Source: Barthelona sp. PAP020 (Eukaryota). Taken from it: 35,029 nt of DNA. Positions 9,604 through 20,485 of this stretch are shown in pieces. A program made the translations under genes and the position numbers. Position 1 is the stretch's first letter; every line of letters begins with the position of its first letter. The stretch lies in contig JARQWU010000092.1 of the NCBI GenBank assembly GCA_040182905.1, forward strand, positions 1 to 35,029. The letters are read 5' to 3'. The notes beneath the pieces are model-generated. The model worked only from the letters and a program-made list of their open reading frames with translations, did not search any database and was not told where the DNA came from.

Positions 9604-10095
9604 TTCTAGTTGTTTGAACGAATTGGATTTTTGATTTTTATAAAGTAGAGACGAATATATATTTTTTTTTAAATTTTCTTGAGGAAAGATAAGCCGTGTT
9701 TGTTGCGTTGCAAATAAATGTCAACATTATTGAAAATGTCTCTTCTTTGGATATTTGTTGTTAATTGTGAAGAAATGAACAAGAGCGATTTTGGGGAACC
9801 GTTGAACACTTGTATAAAGCCCAAAAAATGAACCAAATGTGTTCTTTTGTGTCAATTTACTCTATTCTTTTGAACGAAGTGAAAAAAAAAAGAGGAATGG
9901 AAACTATCTGACTGAAAATTTTGAGAGAAAGTTATCTACTGTTTGAATTAAAAAAAAAAAAACATTTATGAGGTGTTTGTCTGAGTTTTCAACAAAAATT
10001 TCAACATGTATCAAAAACTCATTTCCCACAATTTGTTGTCTTAACTGTTGAAACAACTATCAAAAAAACTATGTTACAAATTCGTCATTTGCCAC

Positions 10096-11292
10096 CTACT
10101 GATAATTCAACTCATAATTACCAGGCAGATCCATTCTCCAATTTATACAAGGAGGTACCCAAATCAATTTATCAGGTTGAATGTGTACTTTAGCATTATT
10201 GATGGAAGTTTCCACTTTCTTCAAAAGTTCAGGGGCTATTGTCAAATCTATCTTTCCATCTTTGGTAGATGCACCAAGTTTTCTTAAAACAGCTCTATAG
10301 GAGTCAATATGAACACCAGTTTCCAAGGAAAGTTCACGCAGACTTTTAGGTTTCTCACTATCTTTAAGTGTGGAAATTAATTTATTTCTCCAAAAGCTCA
10401 TGAACGCAATATGACCAAGATCAGATAAAGGTCCTTCTGGAACACCACAACGACCCTCTTTTACCATTAACAAATACGAAAATTCTATCAATAACCTTCC
10501 AAATCCAAAATCAGAATACTGTGGAAAGGTTAAGATACAATTTAACGATCGTGGCGAGATAACTTTTTCTTTAGAAAAATATCCAACAATATGACAACCA
10601 AAATCATCATTGAAAGTCATAATATAAAATAAAAAATGCCTAACATGGGCTGAAGGGTTTTTGTGATCAATAAAACATTTAGCAACCAAAGACAAATTAA
10701 AACAGTAAGTAGGTGCAACAGTTCCATCAATTTCAAACACAGAAATTCCATCACAGCTGTATATTTCTTCACCTGGAGGATGCCTTAATTTACAATTCAA
10801 CGAATGGCTTTTGGCAGCTTCAGCTGAACTTTCAAATTTCAAACAATATTCACATACAAATAGATGTGGACAATTTTGATATTGAAATGGAAAAGGTGAA
10901 GGATACCAAGTGCTTACTGTGTGTTTGCCCATTGTAATTTCTTCAACTTCTCTCACAGAAGTAAGGAATTCACTTTTTTTTTCACGAAAATTTGTCTCAT
11001 AATCAATATCATTCACAGTTATCCATGTATCCCATCTTCTATTTAAATTTCTATAATGTACATAAAAAACTGGATTGCCATTTTCATCCTTTTGTATTTT
11101 TTGCACCTCAGCTTCACTATAAACGAACTCCGGTTCTTTTTTTAAACCATTATTATCTTTAAAATTGCATTCTTTATCGTTATTTTCAATGTCTTCATTC
11201 TCTTCATTTTCTGATACATCTAAAAATCGTCTGCATCGTATTATTGAATTAACTTTAGGAAATTTTTTCTTTTTTCCACTCTTATTTGCCAT
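10096..11292 (-). CDS. MYST-family histone acetyltransferase with chromo-barrel/Tudor-knot domain (Esa1/Tip60/MOF-like)
   Basis: FYVHYRNLNRRWDTWI, TWYPSPFP, C2HC finger CEYC...H...C, HPPGEEIY, FIDHK, VGYFSKEK, CILTFP and PEGPLSDLG. Confidence 0.95.
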   Translation of the reverse strand: MANKSGKKKKFPKVNSIIRCRRFLDVSENEENEDIENNDKECNFKDNNGLKKEPEFVYSEAEVQKIQKDENGNPVFYVHYRNLNRRWDTWITVNDIDYETNFREKKSEFLTSVREVEEITMGKHTVSTWYPSPFPFQYQNCPHLFVCEYCLKFESSAEAAKSHSLNCKLRHPPGEEIYSCDGISVFEIDGTVAPTYCFNLSLVAKCFIDHKNPSAHVRHFLFYIMTFNDDFGCHIVGYFSKEKVISPRSLNCILTFPQYSDFGFGRLLIEFSYLLMVKEGRCGVPEGPLSDLGHIAFMSFWRNKLISTLKDSEKPKSLRELSLETGVHIDSYRAVLRKLGASTKDGKIDLTIAPELLKKVETSINNAKVHIQPDKLIWVPPCINWRMDLPGNYELNYQ

Positions 11293-11523
11293 GACAACGT
11301 TTTTTTAAGAAGAATCAAAAAGGAAAATTGGGAGAATTATTTTTTTTTGTTTTATTTTTTAATTTCTTCAGCTTCTCTTGATCCTTCAATTTCTTAATTT
11401 CTGATGATTTTCAACAATTTTGAAAATAAAGATAATCTTTTTTAATTTTTTTTTTTCAGATTATTTCTGAAGACTGAAAGATATTGAAGGAAAAATTTTA
11501 AACCAAATATTTGGAATGACTCT

Positions 11524-14442
11524 ATGATAGAGGAGTCTGAAGAACCATTTCAAGAATATACCATTGAATTTAATGACAGATTTGAAGATTCAACAATTCA
11601 AGAAATTGATATCAAACATTTTTTTGAAAATGGTTTGTTTTCAGATGTGATTCTTCATTCGGAGATTGTTTTGCAAAAGAATCCGAGGAATAATGTTATT
11701 TTGGAATATGTTGCATGTTCTTATTTACGAATTCAAAATTCAAAATTAGCAGTTGAAACATTTAATAAGATAGCTAAATTCACAAAAACTTCCTTTTTAA
11801 CAAATTATAATTTGTCATTACATCATTATAATGAAGGTAATTATGATTTAGCTTATCAATATTGTTTAAATGCTTGTAATGTTAATGATAGTGATAGAAA
11901 GAATTTATCTTATTTATTGATGGCAAAAATATGTAAAAAAATGAAGCGAAATGGACTTTCCAAGACATATTTGAAATTAATTGTCAATTCAACGAATGAA
12001 TATAATGATAAAATGAACTATTTACAAGCTTGCTACGAATTAAGTAAGATCTATGAAATTGAAGGATTGATGATAGATTTAAGAGATTTGATTGTTAAAA
12101 TATGCAGTTGGTTGAATTTGAATGAAGAAAATGAGGTTAAATTGAATGAGAATTGGGTTGATATTGCAAAATGTTTGAAATTTGCTGGATATATTAAAGA
12201 ATCATTGATATTATTAAAGAATGTATCTTTAAGCTTTAAAAATATGTATTTAATTCCTGAATGTTATGAAAGTTTGCTTCAATTTGATTTGGCTTTAGCA
12301 GAGTGGACAAAAATGCTGGACATGTTGAAAAATATTCATTTTTTTACCACAAAATTAAAACTTAAACTAAATTTACATGTGAGAACTCAAATATCAGAAA
12401 ATTTCATGCTATTAAATGAATATGTAAATGCTGAAAAGACTTTAACTGATTTTCATATCGAAACTGAATATTCTTTAAATGATTATGCCATTATTGAATT
12501 AGTTATTCGAAAAAACAAACAATTAGGGAACCTTTTGAGGAAAATTAAAAACTATACAAAGAGCGCTGAATACTTTCAATTTGCATACAACTATTTGGTC
12601 GAAAATGTTGGTGAACGTCCTGAAGAAAATTTTTATCTAAATCTTTATGCAGAACTATTCAATGATTATGGTTTGATCTTTCATCATCAAAATAAATATC
12701 ATGAAGCATTACAATGGTTTAATTTAAGTCTTGAATACAATGAAAAGTATGCTTTGGCTTACACTAATAAAGGCATTGTATTTGAATCTGTTGAACAATG
12801 GAATGAAGCATTAGAATGTCAATTATTAGCTTATGAACTTGATAATGACAATTTGGGAATTATTATCAATTTAATCAGTGTCTATTTACATAAACAAAGA
12901 TTTATTGATGCGAAACAATTGTTAGAAGATACTGTTTCTTTAAATAGACATAATAATGAATTGAATAGAATTGCAGGCTTGGTATATTTTAATCTTAAAG
13001 AATATTACAAAAGTTTGGAATATTTTGAGAAAATTTTTGAATTTCATCGGAGTCCACAGATTGAATATTTCATCATTGCTTGTAAACAAATATTATGTAT
13101 ATGGGATGATTACACTGAACTTTTCATTAATTTACAAAAAATTTTCACGGAGGAAGTTGCTTCAAATAGTGTCACTGAATTATTACCCTTTCATTGTTTT
13201 ACATATCCTATTGATGATGAATTGGTTTTGAAAAATGCTCAATTGAATGCAAACAGATCAATATTGAGTTTGAAAGTATCTGAAGTTGAACCATTCAAAC
13301 ATGATATTGAGGAAATACCATTGATTTTAAAACTTGGTTTTGTTTCTGGAAATTTTGATAAAAAGCATCCAATCAATGATCTTTTAGGGAATATTTATGA
13401 AATGTTTGATGAAAATGAATTTGAAATTTTCATTTTTTCATTATGTGAAGTCAAACAGAAACATAAATTTTCCAATCTCATTGATTTACATGATAAACCA
13501 TTTGTTGAAGCAGCAAATGTTATATATTCTCATAATATTGATATTTTGATTGATCTAAATGGTTATACGGAAGGAGCAAATCCTCATATTTTTGCGATGA
13601 AACCAAGTCCATGTCAAGTATCATTTTTAGGTTATTGTTCTACAATTGGAGGTGATTGGATGGATTATTTTATAGCAGATCCAGTAATAATACCTAATAT
13701 TGAATGTGCTAATATGTTTTCAGAAAAAATATTAATGTTAGACAATGGGTTTTCGTATTTCTGTTGTAATTATAGTTCTAATATGTCTTACAGATTTAAT
13801 CAAGATATAAATATTTCTATTTTACGTGAACAATTGAATTTTCCAGTTGATTCGTTCCTTTTTGCTAACTTCAATCAATTTTACAAATATTCACCAGAGT
13901 GTTTCAGTAGTTGGATATCCATTTTACTTTCAGTTCCAAATTCCCATTTGATCATGTTGAAGTTGCCAGCAGAAGCTACTAATAATCTTGTGAAGTTTGC
14001 AAAAAATCAAGGAATCGAAGAAGAGCGTCTCATTTTCTTGGAACCTGTGGATAAGAAAACGCATTTATTGCGTTGTAAAGCTGTTGATCTCATTCTTGAT
14101 ACTTTTCAAGTTAATGGTCATACCACAACAGTAGACGCTTTGTGGATGGGTTGTCCTGTGTTGACATTAATTGGAACCAGAGTTTGTCAAAGAGTTGCAG
14201 CTTCGTTATTAACAGCAAATGGCTGTGAGGATTTGATTGCTAAAACAAAGGGAGAATATGTTGACAAAGCTATTGAGTATGCAATTTCAAAAGAAAAATT
14301 TGATAAATTAAAGGATTCTATGATTTTGAAAAGGTTGGACTCAAAATTATTCAATATTGAAGACTGGGTCATTGAATTTCAAAACAGTTTAAAAAAAGGA
14401 TTTCATGAAATGTTCCAAAAGTCTTCCATAAAAATTGTTTAA
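11524..14442 (+). CDS. OGT: O-GlcNAc transferase (GT41): TPR repeats plus catalytic domain
   Basis: N-terminal TPR-like repeats. Catalytic-domain motifs PFH, HPINDL, DILIDLNGYTEG, FLGY, FANFNQFYK and NGHTTTVDALWMGCPVLT. NFNQ.YK and NGHTT are OGT/SEC-like rather than SPY-like. Confidence 0.9.
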   Translation: MIEESEEPFQEYTIEFNDRFEDSTIQEIDIKHFFENGLFSDVILHSEIVLQKNPRNNVILEYVACSYLRIQNSKLAVETFNKIAKFTKTSFLTNYNLSLHHYNEGNYDLAYQYCLNACNVNDSDRKNLSYLLMAKICKKMKRNGLSKTYLKLIVNSTNEYNDKMNYLQACYELSKIYEIEGLMIDLRDLIVKICSWLNLNEENEVKLNENWVDIAKCLKFAGYIKESLILLKNVSLSFKNMYLIPECYESLLQFDLALAEWTKMLDMLKNIHFFTTKLKLKLNLHVRTQISENFMLLNEYVNAEKTLTDFHIETEYSLNDYAIIELVIRKNKQLGNLLRKIKNYTKSAEYFQFAYNYLVENVGERPEENFYLNLYAELFNDYGLIFHHQNKYHEALQWFNLSLEYNEKYALAYTNKGIVFESVEQWNEALECQLLAYELDNDNLGIIINLISVYLHKQRFIDAKQLLEDTVSLNRHNNELNRIAGLVYFNLKEYYKSLEYFEKIFEFHRSPQIEYFIIACKQILCIWDDYTELFINLQKIFTEEVASNSVTELLPFHCFTYPIDDELVLKNAQLNANRSILSLKVSEVEPFKHDIEEIPLILKLGFVSGNFDKKHPINDLLGNIYEMFDENEFEIFIFSLCEVKQKHKFSNLIDLHDKPFVEAANVIYSHNIDILIDLNGYTEGANPHIFAMKPSPCQVSFLGYCSTIGGDWMDYFIADPVIIPNIECANMFSEKILMLDNGFSYFCCNYSSNMSYRFNQDINISILREQLNFPVDSFLFANFNQFYKYSPECFSSWISILLSVPNSHLIMLKLPAEATNNLVKFAKNQGIEEERLIFLEPVDKKTHLLRCKAVDLILDTFQVNGHTTTVDALWMGCPVLTLIGTRVCQRVAASLLTANGCEDLIAKTKGEYVDKAIEYAISKEKFDKLKDSMILKRLDSKLFNIEDWVIEFQNSLKKGFHEMFQKSSIKIV

Positions 14443-14579
14443 TTATTTTAGAGAGATTCATATTCACATATAAAAACATAATGCATGTGTACAACATGCA
14501 AATTTTTTTTTGTATCAAAAGATCAAAAAGAAATGATTCAAGATGCTAAACTTATGCTCTGTTTTTTTTTTTTGTTTAT

Positions 14580-14800
14580 GTGTAAAGAAACATTTTGGGA
14601 ATACGTGAATAAAGTGGAAAAGTATCTATAAAGTTGAAAGCAAAGAGATCCTATTGATATGTTGAAAATTTAGATTTCTCAGAAGAAAGTGTTGAAGATT
14701 TGTTTATTTCATGTCAAGAGGCATTGATGGAATGACTAAAGAAAGAATCGTGTCTATTTGATAAGGCTTTCAAGGCCCGATGGATGTGTTAAAACTTTAA
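14580..14800 (+). pseudogene. Decayed fragment of a multicopy gene family (copy C)
   Basis: 14700-14800 aligns by eye with the reverse complements of 15130-15255 and 28360-28485 (YLI/GFQGPMDVL vs YLVKGFRGSIDLL). Contains stops and frameshifts. Confidence 0.6.
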
Positions 14801-14829
14801 AATATTGCTCCTGTAAAAATACAAAACAG

Positions 14830-15260
14830 GGAGGAAATTTCCAAATAGGGCACTTTGTCCACGCTATTGAATCTCAGTTCCTCAATTCCACTCATCGGGA
14901 TTTCTTTGAATTTTGCTATTAGCTTTTTAGGTTCTTCTCATTTAAATAATTGCAGTTATCTAATCAGTGCACCAAAATTTCCACATTCCGATTTGATCAT
15001 CAAAAATGAAGTTTGGTCACTCTTTTCCTTTGTAAAATGAGTGTTTTCAGTTATTTGTTAGCATGTGTGCAAATTTGTTTCAAAGTTAGACCGATTTTCA
15101 AGCTGCTTTTATCATTTCTTGTTATCTCGAACTTTATCTCAAAAAATCTAAAGTCTTTCAACAGATCAATCGACCCTCGAAAGCCTTTAACCAAATAACA
15201 CTCAACATTTTTAATTCATTCATACGAACAGTGCTTCTTTGTTTGGAAATAATGTTCAAA
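14830..15260 (-). pseudogene. Decayed fragment of the same family (copy A), LRR-like
   Basis: Minus-strand reading YFQTKKHCSYE*IKNVECYLVKGFRGSIDLLKDFRFFEIKF...*LKTLIL. Roughly three-quarters nucleotide identity (by eye) to 28360-28485. Confidence 0.65.
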
Positions 15261-15791
15261 AAGAGTCTTTTGAAATTGATCTAGTAGCTAATATGTATAG
15301 TTATTTTTCAACAGATTCATGCAAGCAAGTTTTTTTACTATTAAGATGTTTAAATTATTCATTAATAGATATTTATGAGGTATGAGTTGTTCAGTGAATA
15401 ACGAAACGAGTTAGCTTAAGGTTTGGGAAAACTCAAGTGGATTCAGATGCCCAAGTAACTTAAAAAATTGGACTTAAAGATGGTCAAGAAACAACAAATA
15501 AAGGAAGTGATATTTGATGACCTCTTTATATCTCCAATAAATTCCGTTCATTGAGCATGAATTTCCACAATATTTAATTTTTTTTTTTTTTTTTATTATC
15601 GCATATTTTATTTTTTTTTTGTGTCAGATTCATTTTCTCAGTTTTACTCTTTCTTTTCTTTTTTAAAAGGTTTTTTTGTTCCATATTTATACTTCACCTG
15701 GAAATCAAAAAATTAACAGAAATACAAACAAAAACAAAAAAAAGAGAGTTTTTATATATTCTTTCAAACAAATTTATTTGTGTATAAATAA

Positions 15792-17726
15792 CTAATTTTG
15801 TTTTTGTATTATGATATTCATCTTTCTTTTTTTCTTTTTATTGCGATTCCGTAATGAACTTGGTTGATAAATTACATTTTCTTGTCCACCAAAAGATAAA
15901 ATATTTTTGTTTTTAACTGGTGTAACAACTTTTTTATTTTCACATTCAGAAGAAAATTGGTGATGTTCTTCTATCGAAATTTTTTTGATTCTTCTTATGG
16001 GAGTTGTGACCTTTTCAATTAAGGAATTTCGTAACGATACAACAGAAATATCATTTGTCTGTGAATGATCAGTAAGTGACTGTGATTTAGTATTGAATTC
16101 AGATGATGAACGATACATTTCTGCACCATTTCTATTTATTGGAGTATTGATATTTTTATTAAATGAATCGATATCTGCTGAACTTGAAATAGAATCTTCC
16201 ATCATCTCAATATCTGAAATCTCTTTTTTCATCAATTTTCTTGATTTTTTCTTGATATGTTTCCTATAGTTTTTCATTGTTCCTGCAAATCTACGAGTTT
16301 CAATCCTGCTGTTTGGATCTTCTTTTATTAATTTGCCAATTATTGGTTTTTTCTTTAATCTCAGGGGCTTTCCAACTTGTACATTATGGACAGAGCTTTG
16401 TCTTTGACGATCAAGATCTTTCTCATCTTCATTAAGCAGATCACTCAGAGATAACATTTCAGGATCAAAATGTCTACAATGTTTCAAATATTGGATCAAA
16501 TTTTTAATTAGCAAAAGGTTGCTAAACTTTGAAGTTTCAATTCTTTCAAAGAATAAACTTAAATATGTCTCATTTTTAACATAAGCAAAAGTTTTTTCCA
16601 GCCAAAATTCACATTTTTTCTTTATAGATTTTAGATTGACCAATCGTTCATCTTTCTTTATCAAACCAAACATTAAAACAATTTGACCCAAACAAAAGTC
16701 AACCAAAAGATCTATTTGCTGATGTGATAGGAATTGTCTCGATATTTCAAAGTATTCTTCAATATTCAGCAAACTTTCATTAATTTCCATCAAATTAAGA
16801 TCTTGTGAATTTGTCTCATCCAAATAATCAATCAATTTATAAAGCCCTTTTTTGGTTACAACTTCTTTTGACAATTCTCTAATTGATTTTAAAACGAAGT
16901 TTGTTGATCGATCTTCAACAATCTCAGACAAACCATAATTATCAGCATCATCCAAATCATTATCAAATTCACTTTGCCCATCAATGGGCATTATTAAACC
17001 TGATGGAAGATTTTTCCATCGCTTACTTACAACATACATGGGTTCAAACAAACTCAATGAAAAAGGCTCACATGAAACAGCTTCATCATTATCTTTAGAT
17101 TCTGTTAGATATACGGGATTGACCCTTATACTACCATCATTAACACTTAATGGCATATGAAATGGCTTTATAATGCCTTTGATATCAACAAGAACTATTT
17201 CAGGTGTAATGAATGTCATTTTTGTTATTTTTGAATTGAAGTTTGTGAAATTTTCAGAAATTTGCTCAATTGGTGTGGTTGGGAAAAAATAAACAGGTGA
17301 ATTACTCATTTCAATCTGTTTTCTAAAAGTACAATAATCTTGAGTTGCATTATCGATAATAAGGTAAGGAAAAACAATTAAAATCTCCTTTTTTAAACAA
17401 TTTGATTCAATAAATGAACAATGATTGGAAATAGAGGAAAAAAATATTTTTGAATCAAGAACTATTGCTTTCTGCCTTTTATTACAATTATTATTTGTAA
17501 CTATATCGTCAATCATATCATCAATTGATTTAAAAACATTTTTAACACTTCGGTACATTTTAATAAATGAATAATTATTATCTATAAAAAAAAGACTAAA
17601 AACAACATCTTTTTGATTATTAATACACCATTTTTTAAGTATGAAAGTGTATAAACACCATTTAATGTTTGGATTTTCTATTAAATTTGTTAAATTAATA
17701 AATATTACAACATTCAATTTTGACAT
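15792..17726 (-). CDS. Hypothetical 644-aa protein; candidate divergent Treslin/TICRR/Sld3-like replication initiation factor
   Basis: Long ORF with first ATG at 17726. It has a vWA-like N-terminal pattern, a central helical GQIVLMFG...TYLSLFFERI segment, and a basic disordered tail with TPINR, TPIRR and TPVK. The CDS is secure; the identity is tentative. Confidence 0.55.
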   Translation of the reverse strand: MSKLNVVIFINLTNLIENPNIKWCLYTFILKKWCINNQKDVVFSLFFIDNNYSFIKMYRSVKNVFKSIDDMIDDIVTNNNCNKRQKAIVLDSKIFFSSISNHCSFIESNCLKKEILIVFPYLIIDNATQDYCTFRKQIEMSNSPVYFFPTTPIEQISENFTNFNSKITKMTFITPEIVLVDIKGIIKPFHMPLSVNDGSIRVNPVYLTESKDNDEAVSCEPFSLSLFEPMYVVSKRWKNLPSGLIMPIDGQSEFDNDLDDADNYGLSEIVEDRSTNFVLKSIRELSKEVVTKKGLYKLIDYLDETNSQDLNLMEINESLLNIEEYFEISRQFLSHQQIDLLVDFCLGQIVLMFGLIKKDERLVNLKSIKKKCEFWLEKTFAYVKNETYLSLFFERIETSKFSNLLLIKNLIQYLKHCRHFDPEMLSLSDLLNEDEKDLDRQRQSSVHNVQVGKPLRLKKKPIIGKLIKEDPNSRIETRRFAGTMKNYRKHIKKKSRKLMKKEISDIEMMEDSISSSADIDSFNKNINTPINRNGAEMYRSSSEFNTKSQSLTDHSQTNDISVVSLRNSLIEKVTTPIRRIKKISIEEHHQFSSECENKKVVTPVKNKNILSFGGQENVIYQPSSLRNRNKKKKRKMNIIIQKQN

Positions 17727-17830
17727 GGTTATACTGTTATAAATTATAATCAATTTTAATGAACATCTGAAATATGTTCAAATTGACATTAAAAAAAAAA
17801 TTTTTTTTTTGTAAAAATTTTACACATCAT

Positions 17831-20485
17831 TTACTTTATAATTTCAATAGGAGTTCGACAAAAAGGACATAAATTATTTGCTTGCTTTAAACAATTATCA
17901 CAAAATCGATGTTCGCATTTAAGAAAAACATTTGCTTCAGCAGCATAACATATTGGACATAAAACTTCATCATCAACATCAATTGAAGATTCTACTGCAT
18001 TTTTGATACAATTTAAAATTTTATTTATTTCCTGTAAAGACCAATTTTTTTCTGTGATAGAATTATCTGATTGATTATACAATAAAGTTGAAAATGGCGA
18101 AATTTCTTTATTTAGATCTTTATTATTATTATTATCATTGATAGAATTATCAAAAGATGCAACATAATTAAAACAAAAATCCAATAATTTCAAAATGCCT
18201 GCATTTCTAAATAACCTTTTAAATTCTTCATTCAATTCAAAGTTTGAATGAATTTTTTCCATAATATTTAAGATCAATTCAATAAGATTCAAAATAATAG
18301 CAGGGTTCCATAATTCTTCTTTTGATTCAAAAGAAACCATTAAATTGATTAATTCATCAACATCAAAATTATTAAAGATACTTTGTACTGTAAGAATTCT
18401 TAAATATTTAATTAAAAAATCCAACCAATTACTGTCCATATAATCAATTAAATTATGGATATCAATAATTTTAACTTTATTCAAGTAATTTTGAGGAAAG
18501 AAAAGAATAATACTTCTAAAAGGAATGAAATCAAAAATTAAATTAAGAATATCTGATAATAAGGTTACAAAATGAAAAGACAAGTTATTGTTAAAACTTA
18601 CAATTTCTTTAATGTTCTTCAAAATAACGTTTAAAAAGATGATTTGACAAAAGATAATAATTTCAAATTTTTCTTTGAACTCTTCATCAGGTTCATTTAA
18701 TAATTGTTGAAAAATAGGGTGATATGTTTTTATCAATTGTGTGATGGTGTCTTTAGGTTCACAAAGACATATTTTAAACAATATTTTAGTTGATTCAATG
18801 CATAACTCTTTTGTAAGTGTTTTAGCATACAAACGATGAAAATCTAATAAAGAAAAAACAATTGGATTAATTATGAGGAGTTTTAATATCTCACTGTCCC
18901 AATGATTTAAATATTTAAATATTCTAAAAGTTACAATCGAAAAGTCATCTTTTAAAAAGAGATAAAATTTTTGTTGAACAGTTGTAGGTATTTCAGTGGT
19001 TTTGAGAATATTCTGCATGAAAAAACTAAAATGATGAATTAACAGCAGATTTAAATTACTTTTTACATTTTTTTCAAACTTCAATGTTTGTCTTAGATTG
19101 ATCAAATCTTCTTTTGAAGAATAAAACAAATGATGAGTGGGAAATTTGTTTTTTTTACTGCAAAGAATTGATTTTTCATCAAGATAATTGATATCCGGTA
19201 CACTTTCATCAGAAGGATTTGATAAGATCCAAATTTTGATCAAAAATCTGCTGAAACTGAATAAAAATAATAAATCTCCAAATTCTTTCAATTTGTAAGA
19301 TATTTGTAATATTAATCTATTCATATAGAACCAACATAAATCGACTAAATCTTCAAAATTTTGAGTATCAATCAAAAAATTTACTAAAAGATCAATAATA
19401 CAAATATTTTGAAAAATATCATCTTCAATATCCTTAGCAAGCATTTCTTTATTTGATATATGTGATAATATAATCATACTTAACAATGATACCCAACCTG
19501 GAATTTCATTTGAAAAATCCAATAAATAATCTTTATTCCAAACATCTTTTTTATTTGAAACATTAATATTGGCATCATCAGTGGTGGTGTTTTGTCTCAC
19601 CCGAGCAAAAGCTCGAATATTGCTACACTCAAGCAATTCTTTCAAAAAAATTAATGCCCCACTTCCCTTTTCATAAAGTGAATCCCCAAATTTACACACA
19701 CAAACAATAGTGAAATGTCCTAAATATTCTAGCGGTAAATGATCAAGTATTTTCCTAAAAATATCAACGTCCCAACTTTCAACAGGTCTTCGAAAAAAAT
19801 AATGAGCTAAATATCCAGTCAAAGTTAAAATATCTTGTTTACAAGGATTTATCGTTTCTTCAATCTCAAATTTAAATGGAATTTGGAAAATACGAATCTG
19901 TTTCAATGGTGATATCAAAGGTTCAAAATCATCAAAAATGTACTTGAAAGGAAACAGACCAAAATTAAAAACCCACGCATTTGTTGAATGTGTTGATATA
20001 GCAGGCAACAAATCTAAATCGCTTTTTCGTACAACAGATTTTTCAACAGCGACAGGAAATCTCTTTCCATTTAGAGCAAAAGTAATTGTTAACAATCTTA
20101 TTTTTGTATTTTCAATGTATTCCTTTTCTTCAATGGAACATAAAATAGAAATTACATCTCCAGATTTCCATATTTCACCATAATCTTTCTTAGAACATTT
20201 CCAAACAACCTTACTAAACCCATCAAAACTGATGGAATTAGGTAAGTCCCCAATGCCAAGAGAAGGATCCCGATTTTTCTCAAAAATACGATGTCCAATT
20301 CCGATTTGACTTTGGGTTGAATTAAAAAGATACACTTCCCATTGCCATCTTCCAATAGGAATAGGATAATCAAACAAATATGTTTGAAAAGGATGACGAT
20401 ATGATGGTAATATGTAATCATCAATTGGTAAATATTGAACATTTGGTTTTTGTTCTTCCTTTTCATTTTCGATACCTCTATCCAT
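17831..20485 (-). CDS. SPRY + C-terminal RING E3 ubiquitin ligase, RNF123/KPC1/RKP-like
   Basis: SPRY motifs GRWQWEV...QIG...GIGDLPNSISFDG...YGEIWKSGDVI...FNFGLFPFKY. C3HC4 RING CPICY...CEHRFCDNC...CPFCR at the extreme C-terminus. Confidence 0.85.
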   Translation of the reverse strand: MDRGIENEKEEQKPNVQYLPIDDYILPSYRHPFQTYLFDYPIPIGRWQWEVYLFNSTQSQIGIGHRIFEKNRDPSLGIGDLPNSISFDGFSKVVWKCSKKDYGEIWKSGDVISILCSIEEKEYIENTKIRLLTITFALNGKRFPVAVEKSVVRKSDLDLLPAISTHSTNAWVFNFGLFPFKYIFDDFEPLISPLKQIRIFQIPFKFEIEETINPCKQDILTLTGYLAHYFFRRPVESWDVDIFRKILDHLPLEYLGHFTIVCVCKFGDSLYEKGSGALIFLKELLECSNIRAFARVRQNTTTDDANINVSNKKDVWNKDYLLDFSNEIPGWVSLLSMIILSHISNKEMLAKDIEDDIFQNICIIDLLVNFLIDTQNFEDLVDLCWFYMNRLILQISYKLKEFGDLLFLFSFSRFLIKIWILSNPSDESVPDINYLDEKSILCSKKNKFPTHHLFYSSKEDLINLRQTLKFEKNVKSNLNLLLIHHFSFFMQNILKTTEIPTTVQQKFYLFLKDDFSIVTFRIFKYLNHWDSEILKLLIINPIVFSLLDFHRLYAKTLTKELCIESTKILFKICLCEPKDTITQLIKTYHPIFQQLLNEPDEEFKEKFEIIIFCQIIFLNVILKNIKEIVSFNNNLSFHFVTLLSDILNLIFDFIPFRSIILFFPQNYLNKVKIIDIHNLIDYMDSNWLDFLIKYLRILTVQSIFNNFDVDELINLMVSFESKEELWNPAIILNLIELILNIMEKIHSNFELNEEFKRLFRNAGILKLLDFCFNYVASFDNSINDNNNNKDLNKEISPFSTLLYNQSDNSITEKNWSLQEINKILNCIKNAVESSIDVDDEVLCPICYAAEANVFLKCEHRFCDNCLKQANNLCPFCRTPIEIIK

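Noticed and set aside
17791..17823. A10-T10 and GTAAAA/TTTTAC palindromes; also 7-bp stems at 14482-14500 and 28257-28279
   Set aside because: Low-complexity or too short to exceed chance in this base composition.
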